Shown: positions 34,127 through 46,606 of the stretch, piece by piece
How the letters are laid out: each line of letters begins with the position of its first letter
Position numbering within the stretch: the first letter of the stretch is position 1
From: Phaeosaccion multiseriatum
Taxonomy: Eukaryota > Protista > Ochrophyta, other classes
NCBI GenBank assembly: GCA_965112735.1
Contig: OZ218961.1
Location: forward strand, 2,170,001-2,234,000
Length of the DNA: 64,000 nucleotides
Direction: 5' to 3'
Position numbers and translations under genes: made by a program
Notes under the pieces: generated by a model
What the model was told of the DNA's origin: nothing
Databases searched by the model: none
What the model saw: the letters and a program-made list of their open reading frames with translations, nothing else

Positions 34127-36762
34127 GTTCCCTTCCCCCCGCTCTCTGTCTCTCTCTACTCTCTCTCTCTCTCTTGCTCATTTCTGCTCGCCTGCCTGAC
34201 CCATATACCTGCCCGCTATTACGGCTGTCCCCTCACTAAGAACTTGTACGCACGGGCAAGGAGGAGCGCACACGCGCAGAGTGCAGCCTCGCCAAGCTGC
34301 AAGAGCTCAACCCTTACGTAGACGTCAAGGTACGTACTTTCGTACATACGTAAGGTTACGTGGGATTGCGGACGGTACGGCGCTCAGTTCTGCTGCTGCT
34401 GCTGCTGCTTGACCGGGGACAGGCGACTCGTGCTTCATGGTGAAGACTTTTCCTTCTTGAGCATTGGCTTCCCTCCCTCTCCCTCCCTTCTCCCTTCCTT
34501 CCTCTCTCACTCACCCTCTCCTCACTCCCTCCCTCCCTCCCTCCCTCCCTCCCTCCCTCCCTCCCTCCCTCCCTCCCTCCCTCCCTCCCTCCCTCCCTCC
34601 CTCCCTCCCTCCCTCTCTTCTCCCTTCCTTCCTCCCTCTCCCTTCCTTCCTCTCTCACTCACCCTCTCCTCACTCTCTCCCTTCCTCCCTCACTCTCTCT
34701 GTCTCTCCCTCCCTCCCTCCCTCACTCTCTCTCCCTCCCCCCTCTCTCTTTAGCTCCTGTCGGGTAGCTTGAAGCGCTCCACAGTCCTGGAGGGCACAGG
34801 GGGGGCAGGAGGGGGAGACTGCCCATATGACTGTGTGGTGGCTGTGGACCAGTCTCTCAACACACAGCTGAAAGCCAATCTCGGCTGCAGGCAGGCGGGC
34901 TCCAAGGTCAGTCAGTCAGTACCCGGTGTCAGTCAGTCAGCCAGTAGCTGGTGTCAGTTACCCATTGCCTTCCCCGCCTCTCACGTGTGGACTGAAACTG
35001 TCCCTGTCACTCACACTGTCACACTGCCACTCACACTCACCCTCACACTGCCACTCACACTGACCGCTCACAACTGACAACAACTGCCATCACACTGCTC
35101 CTCACAACTGATAACTGTCTCCGTAGTTCATCAGCACGAGCACTCGGGGCGCCTTCGCGTGTGTCTTCTGTGACTTCGGAGATCGATTCACAGTGGAGGA
35201 TGCGGACGGAGAGAGGCCCAAGACCTGTCTAGTGGGCAAGATTGGGGTCCTGCAACCCCAACTTGGTGCACTTGACGAGGAGACAGCAGCAGCAGGAGCA
35301 GCAGCAGCTGGGAGTAGCAGTCCCAAGGGGGCCGGCTGGGCAGAGGAGGATACCCGAGGTGCTGGTGGTGTTGGTGCTTCGCTGCCGCTATCTGTAAGCC
35401 TGGAGTGTGTGGAGGACGGTAGGCACGACTTTAGCATGGGGGATGTCGTCACCCTGCAAGGAGGGGACGGGGAAGGTGAGTGGTTAGAGGCGTATGGGGA
35501 AGGGAGGGAGGGGGGCTAGAGGCGTACGGGTAGTGCGTCCGTCTGTCTCTTGTCTCGCTGTCTCGGTCTGTCTCTCTGTGTCTGTCTATCTGTCTGTCTG
35601 TCTGTCTGTCTGTCTCTGTGCCTCTGTCTGTATGTGTGTATCTGTTTCAGTGTTCGTGACTCCCTTTCAGTCTGTCCGTACCTACCTCTCTGTGAGCATG
35701 GAGTATGTGCGTCTGTCTCTTGCCTATCAGAATCCCTGTCCCTCTCCTGTGTGTGTGCATCTCTTGATCCCTGCCCCCCCCCCCTCCTTCCCCCCTTCTG
35801 CCCCTCTACAGAAGTATTAGGCGGCGTCTCCTTCACTGTCCAAGTCCACACCGTACAAAAGATGACCCTGACGCTCGAGGAGGGACAACAACAACACATA
35901 CAGCAGTTGGTGATACAGGAGCAGCAGCAAGCAGGGTGGCTGGAACAGGAGCTTACCCTCGCTAAGGAGGTGGTGCAAGTAAAGAGGCCCGAGGACATGT
36001 CCTTTGTCACGCTCAGGGATGCGTTGGAGAGCCCCGCAGGTAAGGGGGGAGGGGGAGGGGGTGGGTTGGTAGGATGGCAGTGGATGGGTGGGTGGATTGG
36101 TAGGATAGGATGGCAGTCAATGGATGGGTGGGATGGCGGTAGATGGGTACAAAGGGTGGATGGGGACAGAGGGTGTCAGGACAGGGTGTTTCAGGACAGA
36201 GGGTGTCAGGACAGAGGGTGTCAGGACAGAGGACAGAGGGTGTCAGGACAGAGGGTGTCAGAAAGAGGAGCACCTTGTTGTGGAAACGCGAGGGTTCTAA
36301 CCCTTTCAACCTGCCCAACCCATCCACTGCCATCCCCCATCCATTACCATCCACCCAAAGGTGAACTGCTGTCTCTGGTGCAGCTCACGGACTTCGGCAA
36401 GATGGAGCCTAAACGCTTGTTCTCTGTCCTCTCCTCCTTCCTGCTGCTCGACGACTGGATGGCAGCCAACGGTGAGCAACCAGAGTTATTCAGTTGCAGT
36501 GTCAGTTTCAGTTTATTGACCTCGGTCATATGTCGATAGTATCTGTATCACAAACACACACTTCCACACGCACACACACACACGTCCCCTGACGCCGTCC
36601 TTGCATCCATCCATCCGCTGCCATCCATGCATCCATCCATCCGCTGCCATCCATCCGCTGCGATGCCCACCCTCACCACCACCCAAAATGGTTGCCCCCC
36701 CTGCCCCTTGTCTGTGCGTGCATCCCTGCGTGCATATGTGCATGGATGTGTGTGTGTGCGTA

Positions 36763-36819
<57 letters not shown>

Positions 36820-39800
36820 GTGTGCGTGTATATGTGTATTGATTGGTGTTTGCGTGTGTGTGTTGTGTGCGTCCGTGCGTGCGTACATGCGTTCATGATT
36901 GGCCGTGTGTGTGCGTGCGTGGGGTCCACAGACGGGTTCTTCCCTCTCTCTGGCAGCGAGCAAGACGCCGCCTCCTTCCTCCGCCTCCTCCAAGACCACC
37001 CTCTCTGCACACAGACCACAAGCCCAGGGGTGGACGAGGATGTCGTGAAGACCTTCGCCAGAGGATGTGCGGGCAGGTGAGGGAGGGAGGGAGGAAGGAA
37101 GGAAGGGATGGGGGGAGGGAGGGAGGGAGGGGAGGTTGTGGGGGGGGACAGCCAACGCGTGTCGTAGTTTCGTTGTTTGTCTTTTGTGTGCCTCCCCCCC
37201 CCCTTCCCCTCCCATCCCCTCCCATCCAATACCATCCAGTACCATCCCATATCATTGACTACCTCATCCGCTACCATCCCCTCCCATCCACTGCCATCCA
37301 CTGCCATCCACTGCCATCCCCTCCCATCCACTGCCATCCACTGCCATCCCCACCCCCCGCCTCAGCATGTGCCCACTGTCGGCGACTTTCGGTGGTCTGG
37401 TGGGACAGGAGGTGCTCAAGGCTTGCTCGGGGCTCTTTAAGCCCCTCAAACAGTTTCTGCTCTACGACTGTATCGAGGCACTGCCCGACCCTCTGCCAGG
37501 TTAGGAAGAGGTCGGGAGGAGGAGGAGGAGGGGGAGGAGGGGGAGGAGGGGGTGGTGAATCACGAATTGCTGACGCTACGTGATCCCCGTAGAGACTCAA
37601 GACCCCCCGCCCCCCCCCCGTCCACTGCCGTCCACTGCCGTCCACTGCCATCCACTGCCATCCACTGCCATCCACTGCCATCCACTGCCATTCCTCCCTC
37701 CTGCAGACATTCAGGACTGCGCCCCCCGGGGAGACCGTTACGACGGACAGCGGGCGGTCCTTGGAGACGCCTTGCAGAGGAAGCTTCTCAACCAGAGGTG
37801 CGGCCGTGTGTGTGTGTGTGTGCGTGTGTATGTGTGTGTGCGCGTGAAGGTGTGTATGTGTACGTGCATGTGTACGTTTTGCGCGTGCGGGTGTGTTCGT
37901 GTATGAGTGTGTTTGTGTATGTGTGTGCATGTGTGTGTTTGTGCGTGTGGGGGTGCGTGTGTGTGTGCGCGCATGACTGTGTGTGAGAGCGCGCACGCAA
38001 TTACTCTCAATTCACCTCTCTCCTGTCCGCTGCCATCTCCCCCCCCCCTCCTAGGCTGTTTGTGGTAGGGGCAGGCGCCATTGGCTGCGAAGTGCTCAAG
38101 AATTTTGCCCTCATGGGTGTCGGGTGTGAAGACCCGCAGATAGAGGAGTATGGGGAGGAGGATGGGGATGGCAGTGGATGGGGAGACAAGATGGCGACTG
38201 AGGCTGAGGTAGAGGGGGGTGGCAGTGGATGGGGAGACAGCACGAAGGAGTGGTCTCATGGCGAGGCGGGCGAGAATGAGATGGCAGTGGACGGTGAAAA
38301 AGAGATGACAGACGACGATGTCGAGCTGCTAAAGCAGAAGAGAAAGGAGGAGGAGGAGGAGGAGGAGGAGGCTATCAAGGCTACGGAGGAGATTGAGGCT
38401 TTGGGAGTTGAGGTGCTGGTGGAGAAGGAGGAGGAGGAGGAGGAGGAGGAGGAGGAGGAGGATGAGGAGGTAGTAGAGGAGGAGGAGCGGGGAGAGAAGA
38501 AGAAGAAGAAGGAGGAGGAAGCAATTAGAGAGGCGGAGATGGGGGAGGAGGTTAGAGAGCGCTCTGGGCAGGGAGAGACTCAGACTGGGGCAGTTGGTGA
38601 TACATCAGCGGTGGTAGGCGAGGAGCAAGAGCTCGACTCAGACACAACAGATACAGAAGACGTCGATGATATCGACATTTTTAAGGAGTGGCCGGAGTGG
38701 AAGAAGTGGGAGGATTGGAAAGGGTTGGGAGAGGAGGAGGAGGAGGAGGAGGAGGAGGAGGTGGAGGAGGGAGAGTCGGGGGAGGGTAGCGACGACAACG
38801 ACGACTTCAGCGGTGAGGAGGGAGGGGAGGGGGCGGAAGCAGCAGCGCAAGTGGACGTGGAGGTGGAGGAGGAGGAGGAGCCCAAGGCCACTAACGAAGG
38901 GGTAAGGAGGGGCGGCCAAGTAGAGGAGCGAGTGAGGGGCGGGGCCACTGCGGGGATGGCAGTGGACGGAAAGGAGGAGGAGGAGGAGGAGGAGGAGGAG
39001 GAGGAGGAGGAGGAGGAGGAGGAGGAGGAGGCGGAGGAGGAGGAGGGGGAAGGGGAGGATGGCAGTGGATGGGAGGAGGGTGCCCGAGTCGGGAGGGGGG
39101 AGGAGGACGAGGACAGGGAGGGAGAGGAAGATGGACAAGACGCTGCCATGGCAGTGGATGAAGAGGGGGGCTCACAGACTGGCAGCGACGGGAGGGGCGT
39201 GTTCGTGACGGATATGGACACCATCGAGAAGAGCAATCTCAACAGGTTAGGTTAGCGGGTTGGTGATCGGTTGGCGGGTTGTAAATCCGCTCTCTCTCTC
39301 ACACTCTCACACACACACACTTACTCACTCGCACACTCGCTTACTCACTCACTCACGTACTCACTTACCCACTCACTCACTCATCACCTACTCACTCACT
39401 CACCCCCTCACTCACTCACTCTCCCACTCACTCACTCTCCCACTCACTCACTCTCCCACTCACTCTCTCCCACTCACTCACTCACTCACTCACTCACTCG
39501 CTTACTCACTCACTCACTCACTCACTCACTCACTCGCTTACTCACTCACTCACTCACTCACTCACTCACTCACTCACTCACCCACCCTCTCACTGCCTTA
39601 CTACACCCCCCCACCACAGGCAGTTTCTGTTTCGCAGCAAGGATGTGGGCATGAGTAAGAGTGAGTGTGCGGCGGAGGCCGTCAGAAGCATGAACCCTGC
39701 CATGCACATCACCAGCTTCGATAAGAAGGTAGGCATATGGGCAGGCAGTACTTGGTGTCAGTCAGTCACTCAGTCAGTCGGTCAGTCAGTCAGTCGGTCA

Positions 39801-42800
39801 GTTAGTCAGTTAGTCAGTCAGTCAGTCAGTCAGTCAGTCAGTCAGACAGGTAGGGAACCCCGCCATGCACATCACCAGCTTCGACAAGGAGGTAGGCATA
39901 TGGGTAGACAGTGCTTGGTGTCAGTCAGTCAGTACCTGGTGCCACCCCTCCCCCCGAAAGCCATGTCACCACAACTGCTGTATCACCAACTGCTGTACAC
40001 TGCTGTATCACCAACCGCTGAAGGTGTGCGGAGAGACCGAGGCTTTCTTCGACGCCTCCTTTTGGGAGGGAATCGACGTCGTCACCAACGCACTGGACAA
40101 TGTCCAGGCAAGGCTCTTTGTGGATAACCAATGCGTTTACTACAGCCTGCCTCTACTCGACAGCGGCACGCTGGGCACCAAGGGGAACACTCAGGTTCGT
40201 GTGTGTGTGTGTGCTGTGTGTGTCTGTGTGTTTCAGTGTGGGGGTGTGTGGGCGTGTGTGTCAGTGTGTGTCTGTGGTTGTGGTCGTGTGTGGGTACCCC
40301 TCTTTATCCATACCCCTTACGTAACCCCCACACACCCCCACCATTGACTTACTGCTCACCCACCCATTGACATCACCACAACCACCCTGAACTGAACTAG
40401 GTGGTGATTCCCGGCCTGACTGAGAGCTACGGAAGTAGCGCCGACCCCGAAGAGACGGCAATCGCCCTGTGCACCATCAAACACTTTCCCTACGCCATCG
40501 AGCACACCATTCACTGGGCACGGGACTTGTTTGACGGGGGGTTTAGGCTACGGCCCGACAATCTCAGAAGGATGGTGGAGTGTGGCGGGGATGCGAAGAA
40601 GGAGGTGAGTGGGAGGGAGGGAGGGAGGGAGGGAGGGAGGGAGGGAGTGGGAGAGGGAGGGAGGGTGGGAGGGAAGGAGGGAGGGAGGGAGGGAGGGAGG
40701 AAGGAAGGAAGGAAGGAAGGAAGGAAGGAAGGGAGGGAGGGAGGGAGGGAGGGAGTGGGAGAGGGAGGGAGGGTGGGAGGGAAGGAGGGAGGGAGGGAGG
40801 AAGGAAGGGAGGAAGGGAGGGAGGGAGGGAGGGAGGGAGGGAGGGAGGGAGGGAGGGAGTGGGAGAGGGAGGGAGGGTGGGAGGGAAGGAGGGAGGGAGG
40901 GAGGGAGGGAGGAAGGAACGAAGGAAGGAAGGGAGGGAGGGTGGGAGGGAAGGAGGGGAGGGAGGGGGGGAGGGAGGAAGGAAGGAAGGAAGGGAGGGAG
41001 GGAGGGAGGGAGGGAGGGAGGGAGGGGAAGGGGATTCATGGGAGGGGGGTTTAGGGTTGAGGGGGAGGGCGGGACAGGGGAGGGGGCCCATCTGCTGCCA
41101 TCCCTTATGTTACGTATCTTCATTGTATAATCGTTACGTATGTCATTACGTATGCATGTGTCCTTGTTAGGAGGCCTTCGTGGCGGAGGTGGCCTCTCAG
41201 GGAAAGTTCTCCGCGTGGAACACTCTTCGGGAGATGCGTTTGGACCTGTTGGAGGCCGGCTACGGGGATGGCAGTGCATGGGCAGGGGAGGAGGGGAGTG
41301 GTGGTGCTACGGCCATGGCCTTTGGCGACTGTCTGGAGTGGGCCAAGCGGCAGTTCGAAGAGCACTTCTACAGGTGAGTAGTGAGAGGGCAGGGGATGGC
41401 AGTGGATGAGTAGTGAGAGGGCAGGGGATGGCAGTGGATGAGGAGTGGGAGGCTCGTGCGTGCGTGTGTGCGTGCGTGCGTGTGTGCGTGTGTGCGAGTC
41501 GATCCTCTGTCCTCGTCCCTGTGCCTTCTCACCCATGTGATGTACATCTAATGCACCTCACCCATATGCCTCTCCCCTGTGTGCCTCTTCTCATTGCCAG
41601 CGCCCCCCTGGACCTTCTCAAGCAGCACCCGCTCGACAGCTTAGACGAGGAGGGAGATTCCTTCTGGACAGGTGCGTTCCGTTTACTGCCATCCGTCTGC
41701 TGCCTTCCATCCCTTTATTGCCATCCGTCTACTGCCATCCCTTGACTGCCATCTCTCTGCTGCCACCACCCTGCCTCTGTGTACCTCCCCATATCCCTCT
41801 CATAGGCCTTTCATATGCCCCTCACGTACGTCTCATATGCCTCTCATATGCCTCTCATATGCCTCTCATATGCCTCTCATATGCCTCTCATCTGCCTCTC
41901 ATAGGCCTTTCATATGCCCCTCACATACCTCTCAAATGCCTCTCAAATGCCTCTCATATGCCTCTCATATGCCTCTCATATGCCTCTCATATGCCTCTCA
42001 TATGCCTCTCATATGCCTCTCATATGCCTCTCATATGCCTCTCATAGGCCTCTCATATGCCCCTCACGTACCTCACATGTGCCTCTCATATGCCTCTCAT
42101 GTGCCTCTCATATGCCTCTCATATGCCTCTCATATGCCTCTCATATGCCTCTCATATGCCTCTCATATGCCTCTCATATGCGTCTCATATGCCTCCGTAT
42201 ACCCCCCCTCCCATAACATCAACATACCTTCCTTCCCACATATGCCTGTGCATGCCTCCTCACTTACCCACCCCATCAGGAGCCCGACGACCTCCCACCC
42301 CTCTTCGACTGAGCTCCCTCTCCTCCACTCACAGAGAGTTTGTGTGGTGGACAGCGGTGTTGAGGGCGCAGGTGTTTGGCCTCAGAGTGCCCCGGAGGGT
42401 GGGGGAGGTGAGGGGATCGGGAGATGACGGGGGGCGGGTGGGGGGTGGGGTGGGTACGTGAGTGGGTGGGTGGGATGGCAGCGGAGAGAGAGAGGCGGGA
42501 GGGAGGGAGGGAGGGAGAGAAGGGGGAGGAGGGGAGAGAGTGAGAGGGAGCGAGGGAGGGAGGGAGAGGGAGGGAGGGAGAGGGAGGGAGGGAGAGGGAG
42601 GGTGTTTGTTTGGGGGTTGTAGGCGAGCCCATATGCGAGGACTACGAAGTGATTCTCCGACACTGTGAGCGCTCTAAGCAAATGCCATAGAGCTACCCGT
42701 GCTGCGGCTTCTGCTCACTAACCCTTCCTCCCTCCCTCCCTCCCTCCCTCCCTCCCTCCCTCCCTCCCTCCCTCCCTCCCTCCCTCCCTCCCTTTTCCCT

Positions 42801-43955
42801 CCTTCCCTCCCCACCTCCCTCCCTCTTCGTCCCTCTCACCCTCTCTCCCTCCCTCCCTCCTTCCCTCCCTCCCCACCCTCCCCTCCACATGCTCTCCCCC
42901 AAGCTGGCCAACAAGACGAGCGGCTCTCGTTTGGCTACTGCTGCCGCCTCTCTTCGACAAGTCACTGAAAAGGATAGCGATGACGTCCTTGCTAGGGCAG
43001 TACGCGAAGAGCTCAATGCAGTGCGAGGCCTACTCAGAGAGAGGGAGGGGGAGGGGGGGGGCGCACGTGACGGCTCGGAACCCTCTCTCCCTCATCTCCA
43101 CATCGCCCCACTGGCCTTTGAGAAGGATGATGATACCAACGGTGAGAGATCGTCGTGGCGGTTTCGTGGCGGTTTCGCGGCGGTTGTGCTGTTGTGGTGC
43201 TCCTTGTGGTGCTGTTGTGGTGATTGAGGTGGTGCTTGTTGCTTCAGTGTTCTTGCCGCGAAGTAATCGCATGCCCTCCCCCCCTCTCCTGTCTCCTCCC
43301 CCCTCCCCCCCTCCAGGGCACATTGACTTCATCACAGCGGCTTCGAACCTCCGTGCTGCTGTTTACGGCATCCCCTCCGCCGACAAACTCAGCACCAAGC
43401 GAGTCGCAGGTCCTGACACCCACTACCAACTAGCATTGTCCTGACACCCACTACCAAGTTGCATGACCAACTAGCATTGTCCTGACACCCACTACGAACT
43501 AGCATTTCCAACTAGTATGGTCCTGACACCCACTACCAACTAGCATTGTCCTGACACCCACTACCAACTTGGATGACCAACTAGCATTGTCCTGACACCC
43601 ACTACCAACTAGCATTGCCAACTAGCATTGTCCCGACACAAATTACTTGCAGCTAGCACTTGTCTTGACACTCTGTCTCTGTCCTGACACCCACTACTCA
43701 CTGTCCTGACACCCACAATCACTGTACTACACTGTGCTGCCACTCCCAGGGAGGATCGTGCCCGCCATCGCCACCACCACCTCCGTGGTGTCAGGACTGG
43801 TATGCGTGGAGCTTATCAAGCTTGTACAGAGGGAGGAGGAGGAAGAGGAAGGGGAGGGAGGGGAGGGAGGGGGGCGGCAACAGCAGCACACGCAGGGCAT
43901 GCGGGGGCAGGAAGAGGGGACGGAAGGTTTCGGCCTAGGGAAGAGAAGGAGGGAT

Positions 43956-43988
<33 letters not shown>

Positions 43989-45883
43989 GACACACATAGT
44001 CCAAGGAGCAGGAGGAGGAAGGGTGCCTTCAGTAAGGGTGTGGAGTGTTTCAAGAACGGCTTCGTCAACCTTGCTGAGCCCTTCCTCACTTTCTCGGAGC
44101 CGTGCGAGCCCGAGCCGATGGGCAGCCTCAAGGGCAAGGTAAGTGGGTGGGTAAGTAGTATGTCAATGGGTGGGCAGGTGTAGTATACGAAACGGGTGGG
44201 CAAGTAGCATGTCAATGGGTGGGTGGGTAAGTAGTATATCAATGGGTGGGTGAGCGGGTGGGTGGGTGGGTGGGTGGGTGACAACCTTCTTCCGGTGCTT
44301 CCTTTAGGGCCCCAGATGATGCGCCACTTAGACCCCCACTTACATCCCCCACGCCCCCCCACTTGTCTCCTACCGCCCCTCTCTGTCCTCTCTGTCCTCT
44401 CCCTCCTGTCTCTGTCCTGTCTCTTCTCACTGTCTCTCCCTACCGTGTCTGGTCTTCTCTCCTCTCCTCTCCTCTCCTCCCCTGCCAAAGCCTTTCACCC
44501 TTTGGGACCGTCTTGTGGTGCAAGGAGCGAGGCAACTCACCCCCCGGGGCCTGGTACGTAGGCTTAAGTAAGAACAAGCAGGAGGAATAGAAGCCCTCCT
44601 CAGCTCACTCGCGCTTTCTGTAACGCTCTTTCCTGCTGTATCACCAACTGCCCCTGCTCCTGCTGCTGCTGCGGGTGGTCCCTGTACCAACCTACCCATC
44701 CTGCTTGTCCCTTAACCGTCCCTTGTCGTACACGGCCATCCCATGCCATTCCCTCCTCTCCCTCCCCTCCTCGCCCCCTCCCTCCCCCTCCCTCCCCATC
44801 CACTACCATCCCCGATACACGGATGGCACCAGATGCGCTGGCTGGAGGAGACACATGGGATTGGAGAAGTTGCCTCCATCTCCTTCGGCGACGCTTTTCT
44901 CTTTGCAGACTTCCTCCTTGGCATGGAGGAGGAGGAGGATGAGGATGGCAGTGGATGGGAGGAGCATCAGGAGGAGGAGGAGGAGTGGGGTGAAGGGGTA
45001 GATGCAAATGGCGACGATAGTAGCGACGATGGATACACAGGCCGGCCGGCTATCACCACCGATGATGAGGATGACGAGGAGAGGCTGGAGTTTGAGTTGG
45101 ATGAGTTGGATGAATTTGAGTTCGAGGATGGTGGGCATAGGGCCTTGCCCCGCAGTGGCAGCCGCAGTGGCAGCAGCAGTAGCAGCAGTAGGAGTAGCAG
45201 CATCAGCAGGAGGGGCGAGAGAGGAGGCGGGGGTGAGGCAGCGGAGACTGGAGGTGTATCACCAACTGCTGCACGACGACGTGTGTCCCTTCTGGATCGG
45301 CCTTTGCTGGAGCTCGCGGAGGAAGCCCTGGAGGACGACGGGGCGGACTGGGAGGCGAGGGACGTCGATGGGGGGGGGGAAGGAAGGCAGGGGATGGCAG
45401 TCGACGGGAGGGCGAGCCTCAGCGGCAGTCGGTGAGTGAGTGGTTGGCAGGGCAGGAAAGAGCGAGAAGAGATGAAAGAGAAGAGAGAGAGGAGGAGGAA
45501 AGAGTGATCCTCACCCTCCCCCCCCCCCCCCCCCAATCTACTGCCGCCCCTAACACGTCACTCCTTCTGCTGCCACCCCCCCGTTAAGCTACCTGGAGCT
45601 CGAGGTCATGTGCTCAGATGAGGATGGAGAGGACATTCCCCTGCCAGTTGTGAGGCTGGATCTGAGCAGCAGCGCCCTCACAGAGGCGTATGCACGGGCA
45701 GGGGGGGCGCTGCACCACCACCCAGGGGGGCGCTCACAAGGCCCAGGGGTGCAGCAGGGGGCTGAAGGGTCAGGAGGCGAGGGACTGATGGACAAGCTCA
45801 GGGCCAGGGTAAGGGATGGCAGTGGATGGCTGTCGTCCTCGAAGGATGGCAATTGGTGGTTGTCCAAGCTTCGGCGGAAATGA
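32067..45883 (+). CDS. UBA1: Ubiquitin-activating enzyme E1, multi-exon, with a long N-terminal extension (possible periplastid/SELMA isoform)
   Basis: [65 protein letters not shown]|[25 protein letters not shown], catalytic [34 protein letters not shown] end EDGEDIPLP. Start codon uncertain (32067 or later). Confidence 0.93.
41830..42192. repeat. 11-bp intronic minisatellite (ATATGCCTCTC)n
   Basis: Direct tandem array in an E1 intron. Confidence 0.9.
43410..43715. repeat. Intronic minisatellite based on CCTGACACCCACTACCAACTAGCATTGT
   Basis: Several 28-40 bp variants in tandem. Confidence 0.85.
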
Positions 45884-46266
45884 GAGAGGGTGGGAGGGAT
45901 CATTGGGGGCACACGTACAGCACTTGGTGGTACAGCAGCGCATCGAGTATATTTTCGTAAGCTCTCGTAACATGTCCGTATCTAAGCGGGGGGGGGGGGC
46001 TTTTGAATAGGCTGATGACAGGGAAGCACCGACGGGAGAGACAGAGGGAGCCATCAAGCCCAACACACACACACACACACACACACACTCAACGCGTAAT
46101 GCAGTCTTTATTATGTCATTGGAGGGGTGCCTGTGCCTGTGCCTGCCGCATGTCGACAGCAGAGGGCAGTTGGTGATACGGGGTGTACGGCTGCTGTGAT
46201 ACAGCAGCAGTTGGTGATTCAGAGGCATCACTGCCTAAGAAGATGCATCCGCGCCTCCCCTCTGTT

Positions 46267-46325
<59 letters not shown>

Positions 46326-46606
46326 TCTTCCCTTAATATATGTGTCAAGCACTCCCACATCATTACCTTCCTTCCATCTCACTTCACTCACTCTCTTCAT
46401 TACTTTCACTCTTCCTCCCTCCACTCCCTTCACTCCCTGTTCAGTCCATCTCACTTCACTTCTTCCTCCCTCCACAGCTCCATCACACTTCACTCTGTTC
46501 CTCCAGTCCCGACGCTCCTTCCCTTCCCTTTCCTGACCCTGAAACCACTTATGAGCCCGGATTGAGCGAGCGGTGGTGGCACGCACACCAAGGAAGCAGA
46601 GAGTAG

